Origin: Piromyces finnis finn
Lineage: Eukaryota; Fungi; Neocallimastigomycota
Direction: 5' to 3'
NCBI GenBank assembly: GCA_002104945.1
Contig: MCFH01000013.1
Span: forward strand, 1 to 64,000
Length of the DNA stretch: 64,000 nucleotides
The notes below the pieces were generated by a model. It was not told where the DNA came from, made no database searches, and saw only the letters and a list, made by a program, of their open reading frames with translations. Shown one piece after another: positions 28,173 to 41,716 of this stretch. The position numbers were made by a program, and so were the translations under genes. Within the stretch, counting starts at the first letter, position 1. Each line of letters opens with the position of its first letter.

Positions 28173-28295
28173 ATATATTTTTCATTTTTCATTTGGAGTC
28201 AAGGTTTATTTTTTAATTAATTAATTTCTTAAAAACATTTTTACTATATAATTAATAACTTTGACCTGGCCGCATAACCAAACCAAAAACTTAAC
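28173..28295 (+). repeat. Fragment (U5 end) of D-family LTR
   Basis: GACCTGGCCGCATAACCAAACCAAAAACTTAAC matches the reverse complement of the first ~120 bp of 59072-60207, with several small errors. Confidence 0.8.
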
Positions 28296-28741
28296 CTACC
28301 ATATATTCTGGTCACCATTTATTGGCCAAATATATGCATAACCATATATTAATGGTTATTAATTAAATAGGAAGTCTATTTGCTTTACCCAATCAAGTGG
28401 TAAAGAAAATAAACTCATATAGTTAAATAGTATAGTCAAAACTAACGTTAAATACTTTAGCGTTAGTATTAAAGTAAATTAATAGCTATAATAATAATTA
28501 ATGTATATAATTATAACTAATAAATAAAAGATAATAATTATAATAATTATTTAAGTAAATAATATTTCATATTAATATTTATCGTATTATATTTATTTTT
28601 GTGTTATAATATTTATTTTAGTTCTTTTATTATTTTTTATAAAACTTTATTTAGTTATTAACTCGTATAGAGAGGTAATAACTAACTTAATTAACTTGTT
28701 ATATTTAACTTTTTAACTAACATATATAAAAACCTTTTACA

Positions 28742-28752
28742 ATACTAACGCT
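28742..28752 (+). promoter_or_regulatory. Self-complementary PBS of element C (ATACTAACGCT)
   Basis: Exact reverse complement of AGCGTTAGTAT at 28459-28469 in the same LTR. Confidence 0.85.
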
Positions 28753-29042
28753 TTATAGTTAGTTCTTACGTTAGCTTAGTTTTAATTAGGTTAGTGTTAT
28801 TAAAAATTCTTAAAAAACATATTTTATTTTATTTAAATTATTGTTTAATAATAATTATTTACAATATTTTATATAATATTCAAATATTATATTTAAAAGA
28901 AGTAAATTTATTATTAAAAATAATTATTTTTTAATAGTTTAGCATTAAAAATTCATTATTTGTAAATTTTAAAATTCATTATAACCATATTTTATATAAT
29001 AAATTCTTTAATTTATTAAAAGAATTTATTTTCGAATTAGAA

Positions 29043-32000
29043 ATGAAAAACGCAGGTAAGTCGCCTAACCCTCGGGGTGTCCATAAATTGGACACAAAAA
29101 CATCATTCGTAAGGGACGGGACCCGTCCTGACGCGGCGAGCGCGGATGGCATGGATGGTGTAGAGGGAATGTCACGGGTTCGAACCCCGGTGCTTCTCGA
29201 AAGCACTGAGGTCGAATCTAATCAGAATTTACAGGTTCAACAGGGGGATTCTATGCCCACCCCTGTTGATCCTTCTTTCTTTTTTACTAATAATAGTGAG
29301 GTAAACCCAATGCAACACATTGAAGTTCTTCTTAATAGATGGGTTTCGGAAATATCTAGCCAGTTTGCTAGTATGGGAAACCGTCTGGGTGCTATGGAAG
29401 AACAACTTCGGGGTATTGAGGTTTACAAGAGCGAGATAAACGATGCTCTTCAGCAAAAATTTGTTGAAGTGGATCAAAGGTTGGAAGCAAATGAGTCAGC
29501 TAGCCAAGTTAGCTTGGAAGAGCTGCATGCTGTGGAAAATGCCTTTACCGCAGAACATGAGGAAAGGTTACAAGACCACCAGCAAGTGCTAAACAACCAA
29601 GAAACGTTGTACCGTCAATCTAGTGCCTTTGTCTCTTATAAAAAAGAGCTTGAAGAAGAGATGGCCAGATTGAGGGAGCAACGAAACGCTCTAGAAGAAA
29701 GAGAAAAATTGTTCGAGGCTAAAGTCGAAGCCATGAACAGAAGAGCTGAAGCCAGAGCTCATGAAAGAACATCCTATCAAACCGGTGGTATGGGTAATCC
29801 TCATGGTGCTGGAACTAGTAGCAGCACCAACCCTACGGAATATTCCGAGGATGGGGACGTGAAGATGTTCGATTGGCGAGTACATAGGTATGAAGAAAAA
29901 GTGCCTATGTTTGATAATAATGGGATAGACTTAGAGGGTTTTCAAGAGAAGTGCTTACGTCATTTCAAACGTTACCCATATGACTATGGTAACGACGAAA
30001 AGGCAAAGGTTAGCTTCATTGAAGATCATCTAGGTGGGAAAGTATTGAAATGGTATAGACTTAGAGAGAGGATGTTGCAGCGTAGGAATCCCGATGCTGA
30101 AAGACTATTCCTCCACCTTCAAGATAAGTTTCCACCAGAGTCTCCCCATGAACTCTGCAAGTCAAAGTTGTTTAAGCTCACACATGAGTGGGGAAAAGCA
30201 TACGACTATTTGGAAGAGTTCAATGAATTGACGGAAACACTTGGACTTCCTGAAAATGTTAGGAGACAGGTGTTAATACAACAGGTCAGGCCTTCTGTCA
30301 GGGAAGCGTTCTATGATATCCCTGAACCGGAACGTACGCTGGAAACATTAAGTGAAGTCTTGCTAAAGTGCGATGACCACCAAGCAGTCTTCCGTAATGA
30401 AACCATAGAAAAGTACGACAAAAGAGACCGCCAGACCACTATTATGGCCTTGTTGGATATCACAGACCCATGTAGACCATCTAGATGGGCTGAGTTAAAG
30501 CAGAAGAACAACAAGCCAAATAATAAGCCTAAAGTTGAGCAGACCAACACTCAGGCTTACGTAAAAAACAATAACGGTGCCAAAGAACGTCGTGAATCCT
30601 TAAATAAGTCAAGCTTTAGAAGAAGTTCTAGCTTCCAACCAAAGCAAGGACCTTCTAGTATGGGAAATAACCCATTACCTAAGGCTATGGCAAGTCAAAC
30701 GACGGTCAATAACAGCTACTACAGTCAGAACCAACTAGTAGCTGAAATAAATGCAAGAAGCAACCCTCGAGATATAAAAAGGGTAGAAGTCTTGTATGAT
30801 ACTGGTTCCACCACAAACCTCATTCACCCAAATTTAGCAAAGAAGCTCGGGTTAAAGGTAGTGGACAAACCAGCCATATTCAGAACTGTGAATGGTGATA
30901 TCGAGTTAAAGCAGTTCTCAGATGACTTGCAGTTGAAGTTATGGTTAACTCCATCTGGCGAACAAGAAGCTAAGCCATACTGCTTCAACACAAGTTGTCA
31001 CCTATCCGACAATATGCCGGAGATGATCATTGTGGGACTGGGCTTCATGGATGAGCACTTTATCTACAGAGGTTATGATAAAGATGCACAAGTGAGGTAC
31101 TTCGTAGTAGATAATGATAAGGATAAAGGACACACCAACAGTTATGGTGTAAATGACGGCAATATCTACTACTGTACTCAATTAAGTCCCATAACTACAG
31201 TTACTAATGCAAAAGCAAGAAGGCCTCTGGTAACTGTAACCGCAGAAAACATCGAAGCCGAAATCGTGGGTAATGGTAGCCACAAGGCTACAAAAGGAAC
31301 CAGGAACGGAAGTTCCGGAGGGTTGGCATCGAGTTCCAACTTAGAGAAAACTTGTGTTTCAGTAGGGTTGGTACAGAGTGCTAACTTAGAGAAAAAATGT
31401 GTTTCCGGAGGGTTGACACGAAGTCCTGACTTAGAGAAAAACCCCGTTTCAGTAGGGTTGGTACAGAGTGTTGACTTAGAGAAAAAATGTGATTCCGGAG
31501 GGTTGGCATTTGAATCCAACTTAGAGAAAACTTGTGTTTCAGTAGGGTTGGTACAAGAGTCAAACTTAGAGAAAAATCACATTTACGTAGGGTTGGTACA
31601 GGAAGAAAACTTAAACGAAAATCAACCTACACCTGAAGAAATCGTGGAGAAGTACTACCACGATTTCAAAGAAGCATTTAATGAAGAAATAGCTAACCAG
31701 CTACCAGAACACCGTCCTTACGACTGTAAGATCGACCTGGAGCCGGATGCTAGTCTTCATAAAGGGCCTATATATCCCTTCAATCCAGAAGAGGAAAAAG
31801 CACTGAAGGAATATATAGAGGAAAACCTGGCAAAAGGCTTCATCAGGAAGTCAGAAAGTCCTGCAGGTTATCCTGTGTTATTCGTGCCCAAAAAGAGTGG
31901 TGAAAGACGATTATGTACTGATTATAGGCGTCTTAATAAGGTAACAGTGCGTAACTCCTTCCCTTTACCACTCATCAGTCAAGTGTTTGAGGCTATGAAA

Positions 32001-34628
32001 GGCGCGACTATCTTCTCCAAGTTGGATTTGAAGTCTGCTTACAACCTCGTGCGTATTCGTTAAGGTGACGAATACAAGACGGCATTCTCAACCAAGTTTG
32101 GGCATTATGAATATCTAGTGATGCCATTTGGGTTGACTAATGCTCCTGCCACGTTCCAAGGGTTCATTAATACGGTGCTGGCAGAAGAAATCAACGACTG
32201 CTGTCAAGTGTACTTGGATGATATCATCATCTACTCCAAGTCACTTGAAGAGCATGTAGGGCATGTAAAAAGAGTCCTACAAAAGCTAATAGATAATCGT
32301 CTAGTAGCTAAGTTAGCGAAGTGTGAGTTCCACAAGGAAGAACTTGCATTCCTGGGTCATGTAGTTGGAAAATATGGTATTAAAACCGACCCAGAAAAGT
32401 TAAAAGCTGTAGCAAGTTGGCCACAACCAACCAACATTAAAGAACTACAGTCATTCCTCGGATTCTGCAACTATTATAGGAAGTTTATAAAGGACTTCTC
32501 TAAGATAGCAAGGCCGTTATATGCGATGACGTCCAAAAAGGTACAATTCCTGTGGAATGAAGAACGCATCCAGGCGTTCGAGAAGTTAAAAGAAATGCTG
32601 TTGTCTCCACCAGTATTAGCATATCCTGACCATGACCGTCAGTTTATAGTGGAGTGCGACGCTAGTAACTACGCAGTGGGTGGTGTATTATCACAACTAG
32701 GCGATGACAATGAACTACACCCTGTGTATTACTATTCCAAGAAACTTACGAAAGCAGAAATCAACTACTCCATCACGGAAAAGGAGTTGTTGGCTATTAG
32801 GAATGCTTTCATCGAGTGGCGACACCTGTTAATGGGTGCGAAACATAAGGTCCTAGTATATAGTGACCATAGGAATCTCCTGTTCGCCACAAAACCACAG
32901 TTGTTGACAGCAAGACAGGCAAGATGGCAAGAGCTGTTTGCTGCATACGACTTCGAAATAATATATCGGCCAGGAAAAATGAATGGTAGAGCCGATATCC
33001 TATCAAGAATGGTATCTCCAGAACAGGTACAACTGGAGATGGAAAAAGCTAGCCTCCTTCGACCTGAACAGGTAAAAGAATTTCCACCCGTGGAAGAAGA
33101 GTGCTATGCGGTGTTAGAAGTAAGCTTTGTGGGAGAACTGAAACAAGCCTACAACACGGATGAGCTTGCTAGGGAAATTAGAGATGGTCTTGACGCAAAA
33201 AGAGGCCACAAGCTCATCAAAAAGAAGTGGTTGATGGTTAATGGGTTGATTGTTAGAAAGGATGCACCAGAACGTACATATGTACCAAAGGTGTTAAGGG
33301 AAACAATCATAAAACTTAACCACGATAGTGAAACAGCAGGTCATTTGGGAAAAGATAAAACTTATGACCTGATAGCCAGAAACTACTACTGGCCAAAAAT
33401 GAAGGATGACATTGCGGGATATATTAAAGCTTGTACCATATGTTGTACCCAAAAGGACAACAGACACAAGCCGTACGGTAGCGCTGCTAGGGTAAAAGTT
33501 GCAGACTTACCTTGGCAAGAAGTAGAAATCGACTTCCTGACGGACCTACCTATTAAGGAACGTAGAAAACCAGGTAGTAGTCCCTCAGAACCCCCAGAAG
33601 TCACTAGAAGAGGTTGTATCATGGTTTGTAGCGATAAGTTAACCAAAATGATACACTTAGTGGGATTTAGGAGTATGCCTACTGCTAAAGAAACAGCCTT
33701 AGCATACTTACAACATGTATTCAAGTTACATGGTTGTCCCAAATCGGTTACTACGGATCGTGGTGTCCAGTTCACTAGTAAGTTGTGGAAGGACATTATG
33801 GGGTTCTTTGGCGTAGAAGTAAACCTTGCTACTACTGGCCATCATGAAACAGTTGGTCAGGTAGAACGCAATAACTCCTACGTAAGTATGTACCTTAGAT
33901 GCTTTGTGAAGACCTTTGATGACGACGAATGGTTGAAGTACTTGTACTTAGCTGAGTTCTGCTATAATAATGCAGTACACAGTTCTACTAAGCAGTCCCC
34001 ATTCCTAGCCTTGTATAACTACCAGGTACATATGAACCCTCAAGACTCAGAACTTGTCCACTCACTTGGTGAAGCTCCTATATTAGATAGCTTCGCTCAC
34101 AACTTAGGTAACTTAAAGCACATGCTGGACATATCAAGAACACGGTTCTTAGACCACTTGGACCATAGAAGAGAACTTAACTACCCTAAAATTAGGCTCA
34201 TGGATTTGGTGTGGTTAAGAAAACCAGAAAATTACAACCCTCTTCCCTTCTACAAGCTACGAGCAAGAAAGTACGGTCCCTTCAAGGTTATTGGAATTGA
34301 TGAAAGCAAGCTTAACTACCGGTTGGATATCAGCAAGTCACCTTTCCCCAATGTCTACCCTGTGTTTCATATCAGTGAACTTGAACCCTACCATAACAAA
34401 CCTGAAGAACTAACACCTGCACCAGTGGGCTACCAGAAAATTATCAAAATCATGAATGCCAGAAGAAAGAAGGATAACTACCAATACTTAGCTACCTTTA
34501 GTGACTTTAGACAAGAGTGGGTTGATGCTGATATCATTGACAAGAACTCCCACTATGATAAGCTACTCAAGGAATTTCAAGATAAATGCTACCAGGAATT
34601 CATGGTTAGTGTCCAAAACCCTGCCTAG
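29043..34628 (+). pseudogene. pol: Element C gag-pol, one frame with a single nonsense codon (TAA 32061-32063)
   Basis: ORFs 29043-32063 and 32118-34628 are in the same frame. RIR*GDEYK corresponds to GAA (Glu) in copy B. Confidence 0.93.
31341..31610 (+). repeat. Six 45-bp (15-aa) coding tandem repeats between PR and RT
   Basis: TTAGAGAAAA recurs at 31341, 31386, 31431, 31476, 31521 and 31566 (LEKxxVSxGLxxxxN/D). B has five units. Confidence 0.92.
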
Positions 34629-35143
34629 GTTTTCTCCTCAGGGGGGCATTGTAAGAAATATTTGTGGCCATAAGTTTGCCCACAAATATTTCAATTGAAA
34701 CCATATATTCTGGTCACCATTTATTGGCCAAATATATGCATAACCATATATTAATGGTTATTAATTAAATAGGAAGTCTATTTGCTTTACCCAATCAAGT
34801 GGTAAAGAAAATAAACTCATATAGTTAAATAGTATAGTCAAAACTAACGTTAAATACTTTAGCGTTAGTATTAAAGTAAATTAATAGCTATAATAATAAT
34901 TAATGTATATAATTATAACTAATAAATAAAAGATAATAATTATAATAATTATTTAAGTAAATAATATTTCATATTAATATTTATCGTATTATATTTATTT
35001 TTGTGTTATAATATTTATTTTAGTTCTTTTATTATTTTTTATAAAACTTTATTTAGTTATTAACTCGTATAGAGAGGTAATAACTAACTTAATTAACTTG
35101 TTATATTTAACTTATTAACTAACATATATAAAAACCTTTTACA

Positions 35144-36094
35144 CTAGTATTCTGTGTAGTAATTTCTTATTATTGTTTACAGAAATTACTATCTACAATA
35201 ATATTAACGAATAATATTGTAGTATTATTATGCGGAAATAAGAAGTATTGAACAAATTAGAATAGAAAATAGAAAGTAAAAATAAAACTTATCGAGTTTA
35301 TTATAAAGATTTATAATAAACAACCAAACACAAAGAGTCAAATGGGTCGTAAGTTTTTTATTTAAATTACTGATTTATTAGAAGGATATTTTATTTAATT
35401 AAAAAGAAAAATGTATTTATGTTATTTATTATAACGTATTCCTTTATAATAATAACTCTTGAATTTCTAAGGAATTTCAAGAGTGTTTTATTTATAATTT
35501 TATTAAAAAATAAGGTTAAATAAACGGGTTCTAATCTTAACAAATAAAATGTTTAGGAAAAGACTAGAAGAAAAACCTAAACATGATTTTCGATCAATAT
35601 TCTAGTCATATTGATCTTCGTGTAATTTTAAGTAAAACCGAATGCTTCTTTAAAGCGAAATCGGGAAAACCTTAAAATTTCGATTCCTATTTTATCCGTG
35701 CTTAATACAATACATAAAATATAATTAATACATAATTTAAAACAATAAGTGTAATGAATATAGTTAGTCAAAATTAAATGTATAAGATAAATAATAAGTA
35801 AGTAAATTATTTATATTAATTAAATGTACATAAAAATTAATAATTAAATAAATTTATAAAGTTAATTAAATATATAAGAATATAGCAAGTAAATAAATTT
35901 TATATTTTATATAAGTGTATATAAAATTAATATTTTAAGTAAATCATAAGTATTAACTAAATGAATGAAATATTAAATAATTTAATAAATTATTAGTAAT
36001 AGTTGAATGTATAGAAAATAATAATTTAAATAAATTTGTATTAAATAATAAGAAATAATAATTATTCAATTATGAATAATTAATATTTCTTACA
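35144..36094 (-). repeat. Diverged probable LTR (family J)
   Basis: 35280-35700 resembles the reverse complement of 43960-44320 (e.g. TTATCGAGTTTATTATAA). TGTAAGAAAT-type terminus. Boundaries are uncertain. Confidence 0.45.
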
Positions 36095-36097
36095 TTC

Positions 36098-36857
36098 TGA
36101 TACAAGATGCATAGAAAAATATAATATTTTAAATATTTTATGAATAATATCTAATCCTTTTATAAATTGTATATCAATTACTAATGATAATAATAATTAA
36201 ACTATATTAGTATAAATTATTATGACGCAAATGTTACACATACATTAGAATAATTAGTTACACAAGAAAGGAAAAGATATAAAAGAGAGTGTTAAAGCAG
36301 AAGATATGAAAAGAGAGAACTTTTCATTTATAAATAATATTTGATATTTTAGTTTTAAGTATTAGTTTTATTTTATTTTATTTTTATATTAATAGTTTTA
36401 GTTTAAGTTAGTTTTAGGTTAATAATTACGTATTTAGTATTTATTATATTTCCTTCAGTTTAAATATTAGTTATAAAAGAAAAGAATATTTATTGTTTAT
36501 TTTTACTATTTCAGAAAAGTTATATTTTATCATTAATAATACTTTCATCAACATATTTTTATATTTACACATTATATTTAACTATTTATATTTATTCAAT
36601 AATAACTTTCGATCCTATTAGTATTGAATGTTATTAATGTTATAATCATAATAATAATAATAATTAAATAAAGAATCTTTAAACCAAAATCTATTTAATT
36701 ATATTATTATAAAATTTATTATTTTTATTATTTATTTTTATTATTATAAAATAGAAATAAATACAATATTAACTAATATATTATTCATATATCATTCCCT
36801 ATTGCTAACGTTCATAATTATATTTTATTTATGGTGTTTTTGAAATATATTGCATCA
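36098..36857 (+). repeat. Solo LTR, family I, 4-bp TSD ATTC
   Basis: TGATAC...GCATCA termini, ATTC at 36094-36097 and 36858-36861, homologous to 43002-43778. Confidence 0.85.
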
Positions 36858-36912
36858 ATTCATTACATGGTCCTCCTGTAAAATATTGTATTAATAGAAT
36901 AATGTATTTAAT

Positions 36913-37909
36913 TGTGAAAATATTAACTGGATTTAAAACAAATTCAGATAATATCTATAATTAATTAAACATAATAATTAGAATTAAATAATCCCAATAA
37001 TTATTTTAAAACACCTTTAAAAGTCACCTTTTAAATTCTGATTCAGTGAAAGGGTTATGATTTCAAAAAATTTAATATCAATACACTATAACCCTTAACC
37101 AAAAATAAACAAATACGAAACTACGCATAACTCGCCAAAAACGAGTGCTACGGCTGTAAGTATTACGGTTGTGAAACCAAGTTTATTAGAAAGCTTAAGG
37201 AAAAAGCTACATTTTGGTACAATCGCGGTCCTTCTAACTGGTCATTTAAGGAAGATATGATCATTTGAAGATTTTAATAAGTAAATTAAAATTAATATGA
37301 TATCAAGTATGGATCATAGACATTTCTTATGACTTGACGAAAATTAAAAAGATATCAATAGAAATTCTAATTATATTAATTTAATTAATGATAGTGACTG
37401 TTACTAAAAATAGAACTAAACCATTTAGGTGTAACAGTTAACATTTATAAATTAAATAATTTTAATTATTATAAAATAGGTTAATGGATCAAGTGTTTAA
37501 ATGATTAATCATATGTTTATTTTATTTTATGTCATGACAAAACAAACAAACAAACAAACAAACAATCTTATTATATTATTAACATATTACATGTAATACT
37601 TTATTTTTATCAATTTAATAATCTGAACAAAGAATATAAAATAGAATGAATTGAATTCGATTTTAATTCTTTGTAAAGATTATAGTTATAATCTTAATTA
37701 TATAGTTATTAAATATATTATCATTTATATTATTATTAATAAATAAATAAAATTTTATAAAAAAGTTATTTTAAAGAATAAATATTAATTTCTCATTTGG
37801 AAGTTTAAAGGGTTATTTTATATTTAAATTTAATTTCTCAAAAAACATATTTACTATATAATTGATAACATTCTGACCTGGCCGCATAACCAAATCCAAA
37901 AACTTAACA
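36913..37909 (+). repeat. Solo-like D-family LTR without TSD
   Basis: Reverse complement of the F LTRs (TGTGAA...TTAACA). Flanks TTAAT and TCATC differ, and no PBS or PPT is adjacent. Confidence 0.9.
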
Positions 37910-40622
37910 TCATCGAAGAACAACAATAACACAGAAGGTGTAAAAGAGAAAGTTGTTGACAGCAAGAACAACAACACTACGGATACAAATTCAAATATAA
38001 ATAAACAAAACAATAATACAGAAAGGACTACTTCCAAGAAGGATTTCCACTTTAAAAACAATGGAGAAGAAGTAATAGAAGAAGAAGTAAATGAAGAAGA
38101 AATAAATGAAGAAGAAATAGAAGAAAAAATGGTAAATGAAGACAATATAAGTACTATGGACGAGGACCTGGTTGATAAAAATTTAACTTACAACGAAAAA
38201 ACTGAAAGGAAAGAGGAAAAAAGTAACAAAAAGACTAATATTATTTCTCAAACTATGGAAAGCTCAAAAAGTAATTTAATGAACAATTCTAAAACAAATT
38301 CTTTATACATGAATGAAGACACTCAAAACAAAAATAATAATTCAAATTCGAAATTTGACAAAATTAAATTTACAAATGACATTTTAAAAGTTTTAGAAGA
38401 AATTGCAAATGACAATTGCAATTTCAAAAAGAAAAATTGTAAAATTTCAAATAATATCAATAAAAATTATAAATATCAATTTCCTGAAACTCCTAGTTCA
38501 GATAACGTTTGTTCTGGTAAAACTCCTGCTGACAAAAACAAAAATATAGTTATTGAAAATCATGATCATTATAATAATTCTTCAACTGATGAATTCACCA
38601 CTGAAGATATTTCTAATACCAAAATTGATGGCGAAAATATTACTAAAAATTCAATTTCTGATCATTGTGAAAAAAATTTTTATTAATAAAAATTTTTCAA
38701 AAATTGACTCAAAAATTCAAAATAAAAATGAAAACATTCTATTGGATGATAAATCAAATAATCCACGTCATAATTCTAGCATAAATTCTAATGTTACGCA
38801 GGATAATTCTACCAACTCAGATACTATGGATATTAATGATAACATAAATTTTAATTCAAAATTTTCTGGTTCTCCTGATATTACACGTGACTCTCATTCT
38901 TTTATCCCGGACGACAATAAATCTATGGATGATCCTAATCCAAACTTGGAAGATGAAAATGATATCATGGATGATATCATGGCCGATAATTCTGATGATT
39001 CCTCCCATCCTGAAAGAAAAAGGCCTTGCAGTCCTACCTCTATAAATAATTCCAGTACCCCTAAGAAGCACAAGAATAAATATATAGCTACCGTATTTAC
39101 TGATGCTCCCACTACGCACAAAGAAGCAATGTCTTGTACGAATTCAAAATATTGAAAAGCAGCCATTCAAGATGAATTGAATAACTTATATTCTAATAAA
39201 ATTATGTCCCTGGTTAAAAATATCCCAAAAAACAAAAATATTATATCTACCAAATGGGTTTTTGCTGTTAAAAGGGACAGCAATAATAAAATTGTACGTT
39301 TTAAAGCTAGACTTGTCGCTAGAGGTTTCCGTCAAAAACAAGGAATCGATTTTGACTTAACCTATTCTCCAACCTTAAATATTGACAGTCTAAAATTTAT
39401 TATTGCTATTGCTGCAAAATTTAAGTGGGATATATTTCAGCTCGATATTAAAGCTGCCTACCTCAATGCTCCATTAGATACGGATATTTACACCACTATT
39501 CCGCTTGGAGATAGCAACTTTGGGGGAAGATACTGGAAGCTGAATAAAGCTCTTTATGGTTTAAAACAATCAGGAAGACAATGGAATAAAACAATAGATA
39601 AATTCCTGAAAAATAATAACTTTAAACCATTAAAATCCGAACCATGTATATATACGTTAAAAGAAAACAAATACGTAAAATGTATAATTGGTCTATATGT
39701 AGACGACATGGTTATAGTTGGAAAAACAAATACAATAGAGAGGGTAATAAGCAAAATTAAAAGTAAATTTAAAATATCAAATAGCGGTCCCATTAATTAT
39801 ATTCTAGGAATAAAGATTGAGAAGAAGGATTCCAAATACATTATTTCTCAAGAGAATTACATTAATAATGTATTACAAAGATTTCATATGGAAAACGTAC
39901 GTAGAAGAAATACGCCATGTACAACAGTTGACAAGAGCCCCTCAAATAATAATCCTTTTGATAGGACTAAGTATAAAAGTGCAATAGGTGTATTAATATA
40001 CTTATCAAAAAGTACTAGACCGGATATTGCTTTCGCCGTTAATAAAGCTGCAAGAAAATCCGAAAACCCAACAGTATCTGACTAGAATACAATTGTAAAC
40101 ATTTTCAGATACTTATCAACTACAAAGCATTACAAAATCGAATACAGTGGTGAAGGGAAAATTCAAGGATACACTGATTCGGACTACGGAGGCGCAGAAG
40201 ACTTTAAATCTACCTCTGGAGGGATAATCTTAATGGGAAACAGCCCAATATGCTGGTTGTCAAAGAAACAAACATGTGTGGCTACGTCTACTGCTGAGGC
40301 TGAGTACAACAGTATGTCAATGAATACGAAGAAGATCCTATGGCTTAAAAATATGGTAGATGAAATTTTTAACTACAATAAAAATATAACTTTATTCACC
40401 GACAACAAGGCAAGTAAGAAAATAATAGAAAACGGTGAAATAAACACTAAGTTAAAACACATAAATATACACTACCATTTTATTATTGACAACATAGAAA
40501 AGAACAATATAAAAATAGAATATATAAACACTAAAGAAATGCTAGCTGACCCTTTAACTAAAGATCTACCTGGTCCAAGAATGTTTGAATATACAAATAA
40601 GATATTCTTAAAGAAAATCTAA
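37910..40622 (+). pseudogene. pol: Copia H pol remnant with one frameshift and two Trp-to-stop codons
   Basis: ORFs 38553-39155, 39177-40085 and 40233-40622 share a frame. Stops TGA 39153 and TAG 40083 fall where Copia RTs usually have Trp. Confidence 0.88.
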
Positions 40623-40906
40623 TTTGAGGGGGAGTGTGAACATTTATGGACACATAATTTTATTTATCTATATCATATATTTATAAACACACGTGACTAA
40701 TTTATAAAAACATAAACATGTATTAAAAGTGTTGTAAACGTAATGTCTACGAGTTGTAGAGATAGTTAATTTTTATTTATTTTATTTTATTTCCTATAGT
40801 CACATGACCTTACATCTCATTATATAAATGTAATATTTACAATGTAACTTTTTCTCTTTGTTAACCTTATTAATAAAAATTATTTATTAATTAAATTTAT
40901 TTCACA
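37910..40906 (+). mobile_element. 5'-truncated Ty1/Copia element H
   Basis: Low-complexity spacer, then RT (YVDD) and RNase H (TDSDY, FTDNKA), PPT GAGGGGGAG and a 272-bp LTR 40635-40906 (TGTGAA...TTCACA). Confidence 0.9.
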
Positions 40907-41716
40907 GTATTAATAAGATAATAATCTTTATAAAGATTTGATTTCATAAAATTATTCTAAACTATTTATACTAATTGTAATTTTACATTTAATAATAAAA
41001 TAACTTTTTAATACATGATTATATTCATAATATATTTTATAATACTAAAACTAAACTTAAGACTTATTACTAATTATTAAAAATAACTATTGTTTATATA
41101 TTTATAATATTAATTATTTCTTAATTATAATATAATTCATTGCATATAATTTTAATAATTATAATCTTTTAATTCAAAGATTATAAGTTATGTTATTGAA
41201 ATAATTATTATAAAATAAAGTTAATTAATTCCGGAAAATAATTTTAATTTAATTAAAACAATAATTTATATCCTTTTGGGTGAATGATTTATGTCAATAC
41301 ATCAGGGGTGATCATTCTCTGAATAAACAATTAATCATTACTAACAAAATATCTTTAAATTGAAATATCTTGTGAACCAGCAGAGATATTGACCTGATTT
41401 TAAGATATGTTGTTTATCTCAAGCGTGACTTTCTAACGAACCCACAATCTCCCAACCATTATTCAAAAATCGCTATTCGTTAAGGAGATACGCGTGTTTT
41501 TCCTTATTTAATTTTGACGATAAGGGTTAAAGTTATTTGTTATAAAATTATTAAGGGTTAAGGTTATATCTTAACCTTTTCTAAATTTTTTAAATATTTC
41601 TTAATATAATTTTATAATTTATTTGAAAATAAAATATTATTGATTTTGAAATTTTATAAGTAATTTCACAATTTCAAGTGATCTTGAAATTGTAGATTTC
41701 ACTAGTATTCGTGACA
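40907..41716 (-). repeat. Partial G-family LTR
   Basis: Homologous to 58262-59066 and ends ACTAGTATTCGTGACA. Confidence 0.8.

Larger units (their letters stand above)
28298..35143 (+). mobile_element. Chromovirus-like Ty3/Gypsy element C (same family as B)
   Basis: 5' LTR 28298-28741 lacks its first ~50 bp. 3' LTR is 34650-35143, preceded by PPT GAGGGGGGCAT. Confidence 0.95.

Noticed and set aside
9694-35143. One giant 25-kb palindrome B-K-K-C
   Set aside because: B and C differ by many substitutions, repeat number and LTR variants, and the two junctions differ (89-bp unique sequence versus a D-LTR fragment plus truncated LTR). Only the K part is a true mirror. The 28173-28300 junction looks error-rich.
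16536-35151. 8-bp CTAGTATT shared by B's 5' flank and C's 3' flank as a TSD
   Set aside because: Different copies, and Gypsy TSDs here are 4-5 bp. Treated as coincidence or weak target preference.
36868-36878. TGGTCCTCC as a tRNA PBS
   Set aside because: No convincing tRNA match and no downstream gag. It reads at least as well as a minus-strand PPT.
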